Positions 46,591 through 56,569 of a stretch of 64,000 nucleotides of DNA are shown piece after piece. How positions within the stretch are numbered: position 1 is the stretch's first letter; each line of letters starts with the position of its first letter. Under the pieces are notes generated by a model that saw nothing but the letters and a program-made list of their open reading frames with translations, did no database searches and had not been told where the DNA came from. The translations under genes were made by a program, and so were the position numbers. Source of the stretch: an uncultured Candidatus Melainabacteria bacterium. Lineage in GTDB: Bacteria; Cyanobacteriota; Vampirovibrionia; Gastranaerophilales; Gastranaerophilaceae. The stretch is from NCBI GenBank assembly GCA_934718085.1, contig CAKUZL010000003.1, positions 76,962 to 140,961 on the forward strand, written 5' to 3'.

Positions 46591-47259
46591 CTATCCCAAG
46601 TAGTTTGCCAATATACTTTTTACGTAATTTTGTGTTTCTTTGTACGGAGGAACTCCGTTATATTTCTTAACGGCATTCGGACCCGCGTTATAAGCCGCTA
46701 AAGCCAAAATGACGTTTCCGTTAAATCTGTTCAACATGGATTTTAAATATTTTACGCCGCCTTCGACATTCTGAACCGGGTTTTTCGGGTCGGTAACGCC
46801 CAAACCCTTTGCCGTCGCGGGCATAAGCTGCATTAATCCGGTTGCTCCCGCTTTCGAAACAATCGTCGGATTAAATCCCGATTCCTGCTTTATTACCGCC
46901 AAAACAAGTTTTTCGTCTACTCCGTGTTTTGCCGATATTTGCGAAACGATTTGTTTTATCGCGTCTTTCGACATTTTTCCTTTGCTTGTGGCAGTAAGCC
47001 CCGTACCTTTGCCTATAAGGGTTCCGAAGACGCGATTTGAGTTTTGAGAAGGCAATTTAAACGCGTATTTGTCCTCATCCGAAGTTTGTTTGAGCACCTG
47101 TCCGAAACTTTTTACGCTTTCCGTGGAAGACGTCTCGTCGATGCCGTTAATTTGCGAATTCAGATTGTTTACGTACGTTTGCAGTTGCGCGGCTCTTGTT
47201 ATTGCCGCGTTCTGCCCGCTTGTATTTATTAAGTTTTGTATATTTGCGGAAAATGCCAT
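46591..47259 (-). CDS. SLT-domain lytic transglycosylase embedded in the flagellar rod operon (FlgJ/SltF analogue)
   Basis: The catalytic context is IKQESGFNP, with GLMQLMP and AAYNAGPNAV also present. The polar N-terminus has no Sec signal or TM helix. Confidence 0.8.
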   Translation of the reverse strand: MAFSANIQNLINTSGQNAAITRAAQLQTYVNNLNSQINGIDETSSTESVKSFGQVLKQTSDEDKYAFKLPSQNSNRVFGTLIGKGTGLTATSKGKMSKDAIKQIVSQISAKHGVDEKLVLAVIKQESGFNPTIVSKAGATGLMQLMPATAKGLGVTDPKNPVQNVEGGVKYLKSMLNRFNGNVILALAAYNAGPNAVKKYNGVPPYKETQNYVKSILANYLG

Positions 47260-47324
47260 TTTCTATCCCTTATCCCCGTATTTTATTTGTATTTATCGTA
47301 TTTTATTAAGTTTTGTTAAAATTA

Positions 47325-47771
47325 TCAGCCGTTACCGAGCTCGACCGCTCTGTCAGCCATTGATTTCGAAATTTTTACTACCGCCAAAGAAGCCTCGTAA
47401 GCGCGTTGAGCCATAGACGCGTCACCGAATTCGACCAACGGATTTACGTTTGAAGCTCTGATATATCCGTTTGCGTCGGCATCGGGGTGTCCCGGTCTGT
47501 AGAGTCTGTCTCCGAGAGTCGGATCTTCCACAACTCCCGACAGAGCAACGCTCCCCGAAGTAAAAGGAACATTTCCGTTTGCAAACATGTCGTCCTTCAT
47601 AACGTTCAACAATCCGGCAAACGAAACATCGTCGGTTGAATTGAGAACGGGAATTTTTCTTACGTAATTCGGAGTATCGAGGTTTGCAACGTTTTTCGCG
47701 ATTATGTTCATTCGGGTTCCGTGAACTCCGACCGCCTTTGCTCCGACATCCATAGAATTGAGAATCGTCAT
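47325..47771 (-). CDS. flgC: flagellar basal-body rod protein FlgC
   Basis: NIIAKNVANLDTPNYVRK and the C-terminal DASMAQRAYEASLAVVK are present. Confidence 0.9.
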   Translation of the reverse strand: MTILNSMDVGAKAVGVHGTRMNIIAKNVANLDTPNYVRKIPVLNSTDDVSFAGLLNVMKDDMFANGNVPFTSGSVALSGVVEDPTLGDRLYRPGHPDADANGYIRASNVNPLVEFGDASMAQRAYEASLAVVKISKSMADRAVELGNG

Positions 47772-47781
47772 ATTTTACCCC

Positions 47782-48126
47782 CTAACTTCCTACGTTAATA
47801 ACCGTTCTGATTTGAGAAATCGCGGAATTCATTCGTTTTATTGCTGTAGCGTAGGTCAGCGCGTTTTTTTGCATTTCGGTCAATTCATAAACCACGTCGA
47901 CTTTACCCCGTTTTTCGGTAACAACACCCGACGCTCCGAGTTTTGAGGACAATTCGGTTTCCAAAGGAGAGTTCATCGTTCCGAGGTACTGAGCAAAGTC
48001 GATATCTCTTCTTACATATCCCGGGGTGTCCATATTAACGATGTTCGACGACAAAGCTCTTTGTCTTTGTGCCGCCAAATCAAGCATTAAGTTACATTTC
48101 TCGAATGAAGTTTTGGGTGTGTACAT
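47782..48126 (-). CDS. flgB: flagellar basal-body rod protein FlgB
   Basis: [22 protein letters not shown] is present and the C-terminus is FlgB-like. Confidence 0.85.
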   Translation of the reverse strand: MYTPKTSFEKCNLMLDLAAQRQRALSSNIVNMDTPGYVRRDIDFAQYLGTMNSPLETELSSKLGASGVVTEKRGKVDVVYELTEMQKNALTYATAIKRMNSAISQIRTVINVGS

Positions 48127-48142
48127 TATTTACTTCCTTTCA

Positions 48143-48856
48143 TTATTGTTGAAGATTGATGGCTTCATCGTAAATCTTGTTTACCGCCTGAACAAATCTC
48201 AAGCTTGCGGTTTGAGAAGCCATAATTCTCATGGCGTCGTAGGACGACTTATACATATCGACGTTCGAGCGTTCGAGCATTCCCTGTCTGATGCCTTCGT
48301 GGTTTTGAGAAAGGTAAGGGTCGCCTGATTTTCTCGTTGCGAGGTATTTGTTACCGTCGAGTTGTTTCAACCCCTGCGGGTCGGGAAAATTCACAACGGG
48401 AATGTATCCTACGGTTTCGGGCTTATTGCCTGCTTCCCTGATAACCTGAACCACACCGTCGGGTTTAATCGTAATATCGTAGTAATTATGAGGAATTTTT
48501 ATTCCGTCGCCGACCAGAAAGTTGTCAAAAGTAATAAGATAACCGTCTTTGTTCACTCTCAAAGAGCCGTCGCGCGTATAAACAACATCGCCGGTTTCGG
48601 ACGTCACGGGAATATACCCGGGAGTTGCAAGCCCGATATCGAGCTTTTGTTCGGTTTTCATCAATGCGCCGAGAGAATGGTCGGAAGTCCCGACACCGTC
48701 GACGTATCCGTCTTCGGTGACAAATTGTTTGAAATCAACCCCTTTATACGCATTCGTGTTAAAATTTGCGAAATTGTCGGAAATTGCGCCGAGTCTTTCG
48801 TTTTGAACATTCATATTTACGATGTTTCTTCTGACGAGTCCTTGAAACGATACCAT
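48143..48856 (-). CDS. flgG: flagellar rod protein, FlgG-like (distal rod)
   Basis: The N-terminal rod motif is ISDNFANFNTNAYKG. The central motif is TRDGSLRVNKDGYLIT and the C-terminal motif is GMLERSNVD... Confidence 0.65.
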   Translation of the reverse strand: MVSFQGLVRRNIVNMNVQNERLGAISDNFANFNTNAYKGVDFKQFVTEDGYVDGVGTSDHSLGALMKTEQKLDIGLATPGYIPVTSETGDVVYTRDGSLRVNKDGYLITFDNFLVGDGIKIPHNYYDITIKPDGVVQVIREAGNKPETVGYIPVVNFPDPQGLKQLDGNKYLATRKSGDPYLSQNHEGIRQGMLERSNVDMYKSSYDAMRIMASQTASLRFVQAVNKIYDEAINLQQ

Positions 48857-48867
48857 TATTCAACCTC

Positions 48868-49563
48868 CTACATTCCGCTCAACGTTTGTACCGCCTGTGA
48901 TACCATATTGTTTTGCTGCCTGAACATCGACTTGTTTGCCATAAAATTCTTCGGAATAGGCAGATACTCGAGGGTTTCCGTGTACAGGTCGACGTTTGAA
49001 TCTTCCGTATACCCTTGGCGTACGCCGGGATCAAGAACCGCTACGCCCTCTTTGGTAACAACTCCGAGAGTGCCGCAGGAAACGAGCTTTTTCGCGCTTC
49101 TGTTAAGCAACTTGATGTTTCCCGCCAAATCTACCGAAATATCTTCAAGTTTTTCCGGTGCAAAAGGCAGAACTATAGGCGTTCCGTCGGCACCGAGAAC
49201 CTTTTCGTCTTTGAGCGAAAGCAAATTGCCTTCGTTGTCGACTTTAAACCTTCCGTCACGTGTCAACACTATCCCGGAAGGTCCTTCGACCTGGAAATAC
49301 CCCTTATTGCTCAGAGCCAAATCCAAAGGCTTTTGACTCATTGCAATTCGTCCCGGAGTATCATCGACCGCATAAGACAAAGCATGCGCCCCGACGTATT
49401 CGGAAAATGCGGGAACGACGGGCTTTTTTCTTTGGTATCCGACTTTATCGAACCCCACGAAGTTTTCCGAAGAAATTCCCATAAGTTCGTTTTGAAGGTG
49501 CATTGCCCTCAAACTGACCGTCAACCCGGGTTCGAAATAATCTGTTTGTCCTTTTAAAATCAT
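48868..49563 (-). CDS. flgF: flagellar rod protein, FlgF-like (proximal rod)
   Basis: GYFQVEGPSGIVLTRDGRFKVDNEGNLL and the C-terminal GYTEDSNVD are present. GGAGGG SD lies upstream. It is the first gene of the locus. Confidence 0.55.
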   Translation of the reverse strand: MILKGQTDYFEPGLTVSLRAMHLQNELMGISSENFVGFDKVGYQRKKPVVPAFSEYVGAHALSYAVDDTPGRIAMSQKPLDLALSNKGYFQVEGPSGIVLTRDGRFKVDNEGNLLSLKDEKVLGADGTPIVLPFAPEKLEDISVDLAGNIKLLNRSAKKLVSCGTLGVVTKEGVAVLDPGVRQGYTEDSNVDLYTETLEYLPIPKNFMANKSMFRQQNNMVSQAVQTLSGM

Positions 49564-49584
49564 GCTAAGACCCTCCGCATATCC

Positions 49585-49612
49585 GTTTTAATAATAACTT
49601 ATATGAAGTCAA
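49585..49612 (-). promoter_or_regulatory. candidate sigma70-type promoter of the flagellar rod operon (TTGACT-N16-TAAAAC)
   Basis: The minus strand reads TTGACT(49612-49607) ... TAAAAC(49590-49585), about 20 nt upstream of the GGAGGG SD. Confidence 0.3.
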
Positions 49613-49708
49613 TTTTTTACGAAATTTGGCAAAAATCATACGTTTACGGTATCTTTTTTCTCATAACGAAAATTCTGTGCTATATTTATATCCAAAGGGA
49701 AATGTATA

Positions 49709-50587
49709 ATGAAAATTTTTAAAAACATTATGATACTCGTCTTTTGTATCTTATGTTTCACGGATATGAAAGCGCATGCGGTCAAAATCGGGCTTCTGAT
49801 AGAAACAGACAGACTTTTGACCGGAACCAGCACAACAGGAATTATTACCGACGAAATGACCGGCAAAAATTTTTGCAAACTCGACGCTATGAAGCCTTAC
49901 GTGCTTACGCCCGGTAAAAAAGGTATTAAAATTACGGTAAACGGCGAAAAGCACGACATTGCGTCCGAAAGAATCGTCGTAAGAACCGCGACTCCCGGGT
50001 TTGTCTCCGCGAAAAACCGCTGGTACAGAGGAACGCTTATCGTCAGAAAAGTCAACGGAAAACTTACCGTAATAAATAACATTCCGCTCGAAGAATACCT
50101 GCTCGGGGTTGTTCCGTCGGAAATGCCGTCCTCATGGCACAGCGAAGCATTAAAAGCTCAAGCCGTAGCGGCAAGAAGCTACGCGGTCGCAAACCTCGGT
50201 AAACAAAGCAGATACGGGTTCGACCTGAAAGACAACACCGAAGATCAAGCCTACGGAGGCGCATCCGCCGAAACCGCGAGAGCACGCACAGCGGTAGAAC
50301 AAACCGCGGGCATCGTAATCACCCAAAACAAAGAAGTAGTCCCCGCTTTTTACTGCGCCAGTGCAGGCGGAAAAACGGTTAACGCGGGCAAAATCTGGTC
50401 AAAAGATTTACCTTACCTGCGTTCGGTACCGTCGTTCGACGGAGGTATGAAAAAAATGGGACACGGACTCGGGATGAGTCAGCACGGCTGCAATAACCTT
50501 GCAAAACAAGGCTATAACGCTTATCAAATTCTTATGTATTATTACAACAACATAAAATTCGGAAGACTTCTGAACAATTCGGTTTAA
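49709..50587 (+). CDS. SpoIID/LytB-domain protein
   Basis: A signal-like N-terminus is followed by EEYLLGVVPSEMPSSWHSEALKAQAVAARSYA and YCASAGGKT. Confidence 0.85.
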   Translation: MKIFKNIMILVFCILCFTDMKAHAVKIGLLIETDRLLTGTSTTGIITDEMTGKNFCKLDAMKPYVLTPGKKGIKITVNGEKHDIASERIVVRTATPGFVSAKNRWYRGTLIVRKVNGKLTVINNIPLEEYLLGVVPSEMPSSWHSEALKAQAVAARSYAVANLGKQSRYGFDLKDNTEDQAYGGASAETARARTAVEQTAGIVITQNKEVVPAFYCASAGGKTVNAGKIWSKDLPYLRSVPSFDGGMKKMGHGLGMSQHGCNNLAKQGYNAYQILMYYYNNIKFGRLLNNSV

Positions 50588-50666
50588 ATCACCGTTGCAT
50601 CCCGCTTATACGTCGTCATTCATGCGGCGACGGTTGTTTCAAACAAAAACTCTTAACAATTTCATT

Positions 50667-50697
50667 AAAATGCCCGCAATAAACGCGAGCATTTTTT
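50667..50697. terminator. bidirectional rho-independent terminator
   Basis: AAAA is followed by the stem TGCcCGC/GCGaGCA (one mismatch, 7-nt loop) and then TTTTTT. Confidence 0.6.
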
Positions 50698-50727
50698 GCA
50701 GTCTATTTTTCTTTGTTATAAAATCGA

Positions 50728-51792
50728 CTATTTTACACCGGCAATCGTTGCATAGTCAAGAATTGCAGCTCTCGAACCATTTTCGTCTTTCAAAATTTTA
50801 ACTCCGGCAGCAACAAGCTTGTTTATCAAATAATTCTCTACAATATTCTCATTCAAAGAACGTGAAGAAAATTTGTTAAAATTCCGTGTTTCGACATCCG
50901 GAAAATGTTTGCTCAAAAGTTTTTCGAGAGCGGTTCCGCAATCTTGAGCCAGAGATTTGTTCAATTTGTCAAGCATATTGAAATCAAGTTTTGAAGCCGG
51001 CCCGAAGATCATAAGTTTCATAGAATTTTCATCTTCGTTTCCATATGTATCGATTAATATTTTGCCAAGCCCTGTTTGTTCCGAAGTTTTTGCAACCGGT
51101 GCATTAAAATTGCTGTCTGTTAATTTTTTTGCTTGTCTTTCAGATACGTTTATCGTTCCGCTATACGAGCCTAATTCGATATTCAAGTGCACATTCCCGA
51201 CAAAATCTTCCAGACTTTTGAGACCGAACGATTCAAGCAATTTTGTTGCTTTACTTTGAGAAAAAACTTTATCTAAATCCTTTTCGAACATTATGGCAGC
51301 TTCTCGTGCAAAAAGTTCTGAAACCTCGTTATTATCTTCAACAATGTTTTGATGTAATCCGCGTAATTCTTTTATTACGGGATGGTTTGCCATTTTTGAT
51401 TCAAAACGTTCTTTGTTAAATACCCGTGTTCCTTTGAGGCGTTCATTTTCAGCCATTTCCGCTCTGTTGATGTCAAGTGCGTAAGCCGTGTTTTGGGCAT
51501 CTTGAGCCGTTTTAGCAGCAATACTCGCGTATTCGAACGCTTTTGACCCGGACTCGGTCTTTAACTTCGGTAAAAGTGACAAAAAACTTGCCACACCTGC
51601 GGTTACGATACCCGATAATTGTTTTTTTGAAATCTTTAATACTGAACTTTCATTATTTATCTTACCGGTAACAAATTGTTGTCCGTAGGCGAAATTCAAT
51701 GCTTTGAAAGACATATTTGCCTTGTTTCCGACGTTTTTACCGGACGAGCTCCATAAATTTTGCCCGTTTACGGAGATTTTGTTTATACTCAT
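50728..51792 (-). CDS. hypothetical protein (354 aa), independently transcribed
   Basis: GAGGA SD lies 7 nt upstream. The gene has its own promoter and terminator. No family, TM helix or signal peptide was recognised. Confidence 0.6.
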   Translation of the reverse strand: MSINKISVNGQNLWSSSGKNVGNKANMSFKALNFAYGQQFVTGKINNESSVLKISKKQLSGIVTAGVASFLSLLPKLKTESGSKAFEYASIAAKTAQDAQNTAYALDINRAEMAENERLKGTRVFNKERFESKMANHPVIKELRGLHQNIVEDNNEVSELFAREAAIMFEKDLDKVFSQSKATKLLESFGLKSLEDFVGNVHLNIELGSYSGTINVSERQAKKLTDSNFNAPVAKTSEQTGLGKILIDTYGNEDENSMKLMIFGPASKLDFNMLDKLNKSLAQDCGTALEKLLSKHFPDVETRNFNKFSSRSLNENIVENYLINKLVAAGVKILKDENGSRAAILDYATIAGVK

Positions 51793-51839
51793 CTACATAT
51801 CCTCGTTTCGACACCATTTCAAAAGCGAATGTACGCTTT

Positions 51840-51868
51840 ATATTACAAAAAAAACATTTTGCAGTCAA
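51840..51868 (-). promoter_or_regulatory. sigma70-type promoter TTGACT-N17-TAATAT whose -35 lies in the loop of the upstream terminator
   Basis: On the minus strand, TTGACT is at 51868-51863 and TAATAT at 51845-51840. Confidence 0.55.
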
Positions 51869-51887
51869 CAAGCAAAATGTTTTTTTT
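51847..51887. terminator. strong bidirectional rho-independent terminator
   Basis: A7 is followed by a perfect 9-bp stem ACATTTTGC(51854-51862)/GCAAAATGT(51872-51880) with a 9-nt loop, then T7. Confidence 0.8.
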
Positions 51888-51913
51888 AATATTTTGAAAC
51901 ATTGTCCGGTATA

Positions 51914-52513
51914 TCATTCGTCGAGCGAATTCTCCGTAAGCGGCTGTGTGAAGGTAATTCCCTCCCCGCCGATTACGTCTGTGCGTTTTCCGTTTATTTT
52001 TAAATAGAAATCTTTATCGGTATTTGCAAGTACGGTTTTTATCAACTGACGCATTCTTGAATAAATGCTGTCGGATCCGCCGCCCGAACCGAAATCCGCA
52101 CTCAAATCCACCGTTACGGAATTTGCGGACTCATTGACCGAAATCAATCGAACACCGTCGGGAACCGCCGTATAAACACCTTTGTCATCCTCGTAATTTG
52201 AAGGACCGTTTAAAAGCTGAGTAACGCAAAACTTAACTCGCGACTCGCCCTCGGGCAATTTCCGTTGAACCGGAGTAAGGTATTGAACCTTGTTTTTGTC
52301 GGTCTTCAAAAAGTAAACATAAACGGTTTCCTGCTTTTGAGTTTCTTCTGGAACTTTTACGTCCGGCTTCGAAGGTCTCTCGGGAACGAGAGTTTCCTCG
52401 GAACCGCCGGGAACAATTTCACTCGGAACACGATTTTGAAAAAAGTGCTCGTAAATCATTAATCCCGTCAAAAATAAAACTAAACAAATAATTATTTTAA
52501 ACAATTTATCCAT
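51914..52513 (-). CDS. GerMN-domain protein with N-terminal membrane anchor
   Basis: The TM anchor is IIICLVLFLTGLMIY. The GerMN-like region is VYVYFLK...VTQLLNGPS...VTVDLS. Confidence 0.6.
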   Translation of the reverse strand: MDKLFKIIICLVLFLTGLMIYEHFFQNRVPSEIVPGGSEETLVPERPSKPDVKVPEETQKQETVYVYFLKTDKNKVQYLTPVQRKLPEGESRVKFCVTQLLNGPSNYEDDKGVYTAVPDGVRLISVNESANSVTVDLSADFGSGGGSDSIYSRMRQLIKTVLANTDKDFYLKINGKRTDVIGGEGITFTQPLTENSLDE

Positions 52514-52562
52514 AACATGAACAATTTATCATAAATTTTGCGGCATGGAAAAAGTTTAATAT

Positions 52563-53411
52563 TTATTCACAAAAAACGATTCGGGGCTTCAAAATACCGT
52601 CCGAAACCTCACCAAACGCAATAAATGAGCCGTTTGAAACGGCAAAATATTTTCCGTCAATTGAATTTACATTAACAAAATTACCGTTCTTAACTTTTTT
52701 TAACATTTCGGGGGTTAACTCGATAAGCTCAGTTTTTATCGGTTCGACCGGCGAAATAAGATTTTGCTCGGCAGCCTCTCTTGACGAAAAAAACTCCAAC
52801 GGTACGGCATTTTTTATAAGCATGCCTCCCGACAAAGTCCGTCTCAAACCCGTCATGACGGCACCACAACCGAGCATTTGTCCCGCATCGTGAATTATCG
52901 AGCGAATATAAGTACCTTTGGAACATTTTATTTTCAACATCCCGGTATCTCCGTCAAATTCCGTCAATTCGACGCTTCCGACAAAAATTTTGCGTACGGG
53001 AATTTCGACCTGTTCGCCTTCCCGAGCCGACTCATACAATTTTTTCCCGTTGATTTTCACGGCACTGTAAATCGGCGGCTTCTGAAAAATTTCACCTTTA
53101 AAAGAGTCTAAAACAGTTCTTACCGTAGTTGCGTCAGGTCTTTTGTCGGAAAAATACTCAAGCTCGGTCTCGCAATCGTAAGATTTCGAAACATACCCTA
53201 ACCGAAATGAAGCTTCGTACTCTTTTTCGGTCGGCAAAAAATCAAGCAACCTTGTCGCCTTACCGACGGCAATCGGCAAAACTCCGGTCGCACAAGGGTC
53301 AAGCGTACCGGCATGACCGATTTTTTTTATTCCCGTTACTTTTCGCAACCGTGAAATCACGTCGTGTGAGGTCACTCCCGCAGGCTTGTCGACATTCAAA
53401 AAACCGAACAT
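52563..53411 (-). CDS. truB: tRNA pseudouridine(55) synthase TruB
   Basis: GFLNVDKPAGVTSHDV and the catalytic motif GHAGTLDPCATGVLPI are present. A PUA-like C-terminus follows. Confidence 0.9.
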   Translation of the reverse strand: MFGFLNVDKPAGVTSHDVISRLRKVTGIKKIGHAGTLDPCATGVLPIAVGKATRLLDFLPTEKEYEASFRLGYVSKSYDCETELEYFSDKRPDATTVRTVLDSFKGEIFQKPPIYSAVKINGKKLYESAREGEQVEIPVRKIFVGSVELTEFDGDTGMLKIKCSKGTYIRSIIHDAGQMLGCGAVMTGLRRTLSGGMLIKNAVPLEFFSSREAAEQNLISPVEPIKTELIELTPEMLKKVKNGNFVNVNSIDGKYFAVSNGSFIAFGEVSDGILKPRIVFCE

Positions 53412-53761
53412 TAAATTTCGCCCTTTGAAACTTTATTTATCAGTTCCGTGATTTTTGATCCGCGCTCGATACTGTTGTCAAAAATAAATTTTAATTCGGG
53501 CGTAACGCGCAATCTTATTCGTTTTCCGATTTCGTAACGGATTTTCGGCGTATCCTGGTCAATTGCCTCGATGGTTTTGGCTTTCACGTCTTCTGGCGCA
53601 AAAACCGAATAAAAAACCTTCGCATAAGAATTATCATGCGACACTTCGACATCGGTAATCGAAACTACACCGCCGATTCGTTCGTCCTTCAACTTTTTTT
53701 GAATAATATCCGCAACTTCTTTTTGAATTGTCTTTCGTACGCGTTCGTTTCTTAAAGTCAT
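53411..53761 (-). CDS. rbfA: ribosome-binding factor A
   Basis: RVRKTIQKEVADII.. and VSITDVEVSHDNSYAKVFYS are typical of RbfA. 1-nt overlap with truB. Confidence 0.9.
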   Translation of the reverse strand: MTLRNERVRKTIQKEVADIIQKKLKDERIGGVVSITDVEVSHDNSYAKVFYSVFAPEDVKAKTIEAIDQDTPKIRYEIGKRIRLRVTPELKFIFDNSIERGSKITELINKVSKGEI

Positions 53762-53764
53762 TTT

Positions 53765-56467
53765 TTACACCAAAACCTGTCTTTCGATTTCCTCGGTCGT
53801 CATAACCTTTATTATGTCACCTTCGCGAATATCGTTGAATTTCGCGAAAGAAATACCGCACTCGAAACCTTGAGCAACCTCTTTGACGTCATCTTTAAAG
53901 CGTTTGAGTTGGTCAATCGGTCCCGTGAAAATTTCGACTCCGTCACGAAGAACGATCCCCGTTTTGTTTCTGACAACCTTACCTTCAAGCACATAGCAAC
54001 CCGCGATTTTCGTCGTTTTTCCGACGGTGAAAATCTGACGGACTTCCGCTTTTCCGAGCTCAACTTCTTTTATTTCGGGCGAAAGCAGATTTATCATCGC
54101 TTTTTCCAAGTCTTCGAGAACCTGGTAAATAATGTCGTATTTTTTGATTTTTACGTTATATTTTTCCGCCGCGGCAAGAGCATTCGCGTCTTCTTTCACG
54201 GTAAATCCCAGAATTACAGCATCGCCTGCGCTTGCAAGCATAACATCGGCTTCCGAAATATCACCTACTCCGACGTGAATAATTTTCGTGACGATTTCTT
54301 TGGATTCCATACCCGAAACCGCTTGGGAAACCGCTTCGGCGGCACCGTGGGTATTGGCCTTAATAATCAAATTCAAATGTTTTATTTCGTCCGAATTTTC
54401 GCCGACTGCATTGTTTCTTATGTGGGAAGGCAACATCGCCTCGAGTCTTGAAATACGTTCTTTTTCTTTGCGTTCGGCAATAATTTTCTTCATCGTTTTT
54501 TCATTGTCTACAACTTCGAAGAAATCTCCGGATTGGGGAACTTCAGTCAAACCTAAAATTTCGACCGGCGTCGACGGACCTGCTTTTTTGATTTTCTCGC
54601 CGCTGTCCGAAAGCAAAGCGCGAACTTTTCCTCCGACGCATCCTACGACAAAGCAATCGCCTGTTTTTAACGTACCGTTTTGAACAAGCAGTGTTGCAAC
54701 GGGACCTTTACCTTTATCGAGGTTGGACTCGATAATGACGCCGGCCGCCTTTGCATCGGGATCGGCCTTGTAATTTTGAACGTCTGCCATAAGCAAAATG
54801 TACTCGAGAAGTTCGTCGATACCGGTTTTCTGAAGCGCGCTGACTCGTACGCAAACCGTGTCGCCGCCCCATTCTTCGGGAACAAGTCCGTACTCGGTAA
54901 GTTGTTGCATAATTTTGTCGGGATTTGCCGACGGCTTATCGATTTTGTTTATCGCGACAATAATGGGTACTTCCGCCGCTTTCGCGTGGTTAATCGCTTC
55001 TATGGTCTGAGGCATGATACCGTCATCGGCAGCAACGACCAAAATTGCGATATCGGTTGCTTTTGCACCTCTTGCACGCATTTCGGTAAACGCTTCGTGA
55101 CCGGGAGTATCGATGAATACAATTTTCCTGTCGTTCGAATAAACCGTATACGCCCCGATAGACTGAGTAATTCCGCCGACTTCGTCCGACGTGATTTTGT
55201 GTTTTGTCGCCCTGATGGCATCAAGTAAAGTTGTTTTACCGTGGTCAACGTGACCCAAAATACTTACGACGGGTGCTCTCGATTGAAGATTTTCGTTGTT
55301 TGATTTTGCGATTTGCTTATGTTTTTCTTCGAGCATTTCTTCTTCGATGAAAGCATCCAAGTCTTCGTCCTGAACTTCTATTCCGAAATTTTCGCAGACC
55401 TTCTTTTGGATTTCAATACTTATTACCTGGTTTACGGTAGCCAAAACACCTTGCATCATTAGAAATTTAACGATTTCGGCGGTTGATTTTCCGATTTTTG
55501 CGGCAAGTTCGCCGACGGTAATCACAGAATTAATGACAACACTTGTAATTTCTTTTTCCTGAACCTCGACATGCTCTTTTTTTCTGTGTTTTTGAGCCAT
55601 TGCTTTTTCAAGGCTGATTAATTCCTGTTGTTCCTGTTTAGATTTATACTGTTTTTCTTTGGATTTTGCCTGCGGACCCGATTTACGTTTCCCGAAGCCA
55701 GATTTATTGTCATACATGTCGGGAGTGATAATATGACGTTTTACGGGCGAAGGCGAAGTTCCGTCGGAATTTCGTTTTTCGAACGGTTTTTTGTCGCCTG
55801 CCGGACGAGTTCCGAATCTTTGACCTGCGGGACGCTGCGGACGAGGACCGTTCGGACGGTTATCGCGAAGTCTTTGTTTACGTTCTTCGTTTCTTTTTGC
55901 AATCAACTGTTTTTCTTTTTCGAGCTTATCTCGCTTTGATTGAGCGATTTGTTCGGCACGGAATTTTTGACTGTTCTTGTTGTTATAAGCCAACAACGAC
56001 CGAATTTGAGGAATTGTTTCCACCGTTTTTTCGGGAGTTGCAGGTTTATCCGCAGTTTGCGCGGAAGCAGAAGCAGCTTCATCCATACGAACAGGTTTTT
56101 CTTCTTTTTTGAGGTTCTTTGCCGTTTGCGAAGCTTTACTCATTCGAAGTTCATGATTAAGTCGAGCCATCGACTTTACTGTTTCACGGGGTTTTTCTTC
56201 AGATTTTGCAGATTCCTCGGTTTTCGGCGCGGAAGCGGGTTTTTCGTCTTTTGATTTTTTGACAACAAACGCTTTCGGCTTTTTGGAACTTGCCGCGGTT
56301 CCGCCGGTCAATGTATTTTTAAACATTTCGAACTGGGATTCCGTCAACACGCTCGAATGAGATTTGACTTTTATTCCCAAATCTTTTTCGAGCCTTTCGA
56401 TTATCTCTTTATTGGACATTCCCAATTCTTTGGCTATTTCATATATTCTCTTGTGTTCAGTTGTCAT
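53765..56467 (-). CDS. infB: translation initiation factor IF-2
   Basis: The G-domain motifs are [22 protein letters not shown] and NKID. A K/E-rich N-terminal region is present. Confidence 0.97.
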   Translation of the reverse strand: MTTEHKRIYEIAKELGMSNKEIIERLEKDLGIKVKSHSSVLTESQFEMFKNTLTGGTAASSKKPKAFVVKKSKDEKPASAPKTEESAKSEEKPRETVKSMARLNHELRMSKASQTAKNLKKEEKPVRMDEAASASAQTADKPATPEKTVETIPQIRSLLAYNNKNSQKFRAEQIAQSKRDKLEKEKQLIAKRNEERKQRLRDNRPNGPRPQRPAGQRFGTRPAGDKKPFEKRNSDGTSPSPVKRHIITPDMYDNKSGFGKRKSGPQAKSKEKQYKSKQEQQELISLEKAMAQKHRKKEHVEVQEKEITSVVINSVITVGELAAKIGKSTAEIVKFLMMQGVLATVNQVISIEIQKKVCENFGIEVQDEDLDAFIEEEMLEEKHKQIAKSNNENLQSRAPVVSILGHVDHGKTTLLDAIRATKHKITSDEVGGITQSIGAYTVYSNDRKIVFIDTPGHEAFTEMRARGAKATDIAILVVAADDGIMPQTIEAINHAKAAEVPIIVAINKIDKPSANPDKIMQQLTEYGLVPEEWGGDTVCVRVSALQKTGIDELLEYILLMADVQNYKADPDAKAAGVIIESNLDKGKGPVATLLVQNGTLKTGDCFVVGCVGGKVRALLSDSGEKIKKAGPSTPVEILGLTEVPQSGDFFEVVDNEKTMKKIIAERKEKERISRLEAMLPSHIRNNAVGENSDEIKHLNLIIKANTHGAAEAVSQAVSGMESKEIVTKIIHVGVGDISEADVMLASAGDAVILGFTVKEDANALAAAEKYNVKIKKYDIIYQVLEDLEKAMINLLSPEIKEVELGKAEVRQIFTVGKTTKIAGCYVLEGKVVRNKTGIVLRDGVEIFTGPIDQLKRFKDDVKEVAQGFECGISFAKFNDIREGDIIKVMTTEEIERQVLV

Positions 56468-56569
56468 CTGTATGATTTTCTCCGATAAAACCCGTAGGAT
56501 TCAAAATTTCGCGGCAATATCCACCCGCATTTTAATTTTACCATGAATATTTTATTTTTGTATCACAAT

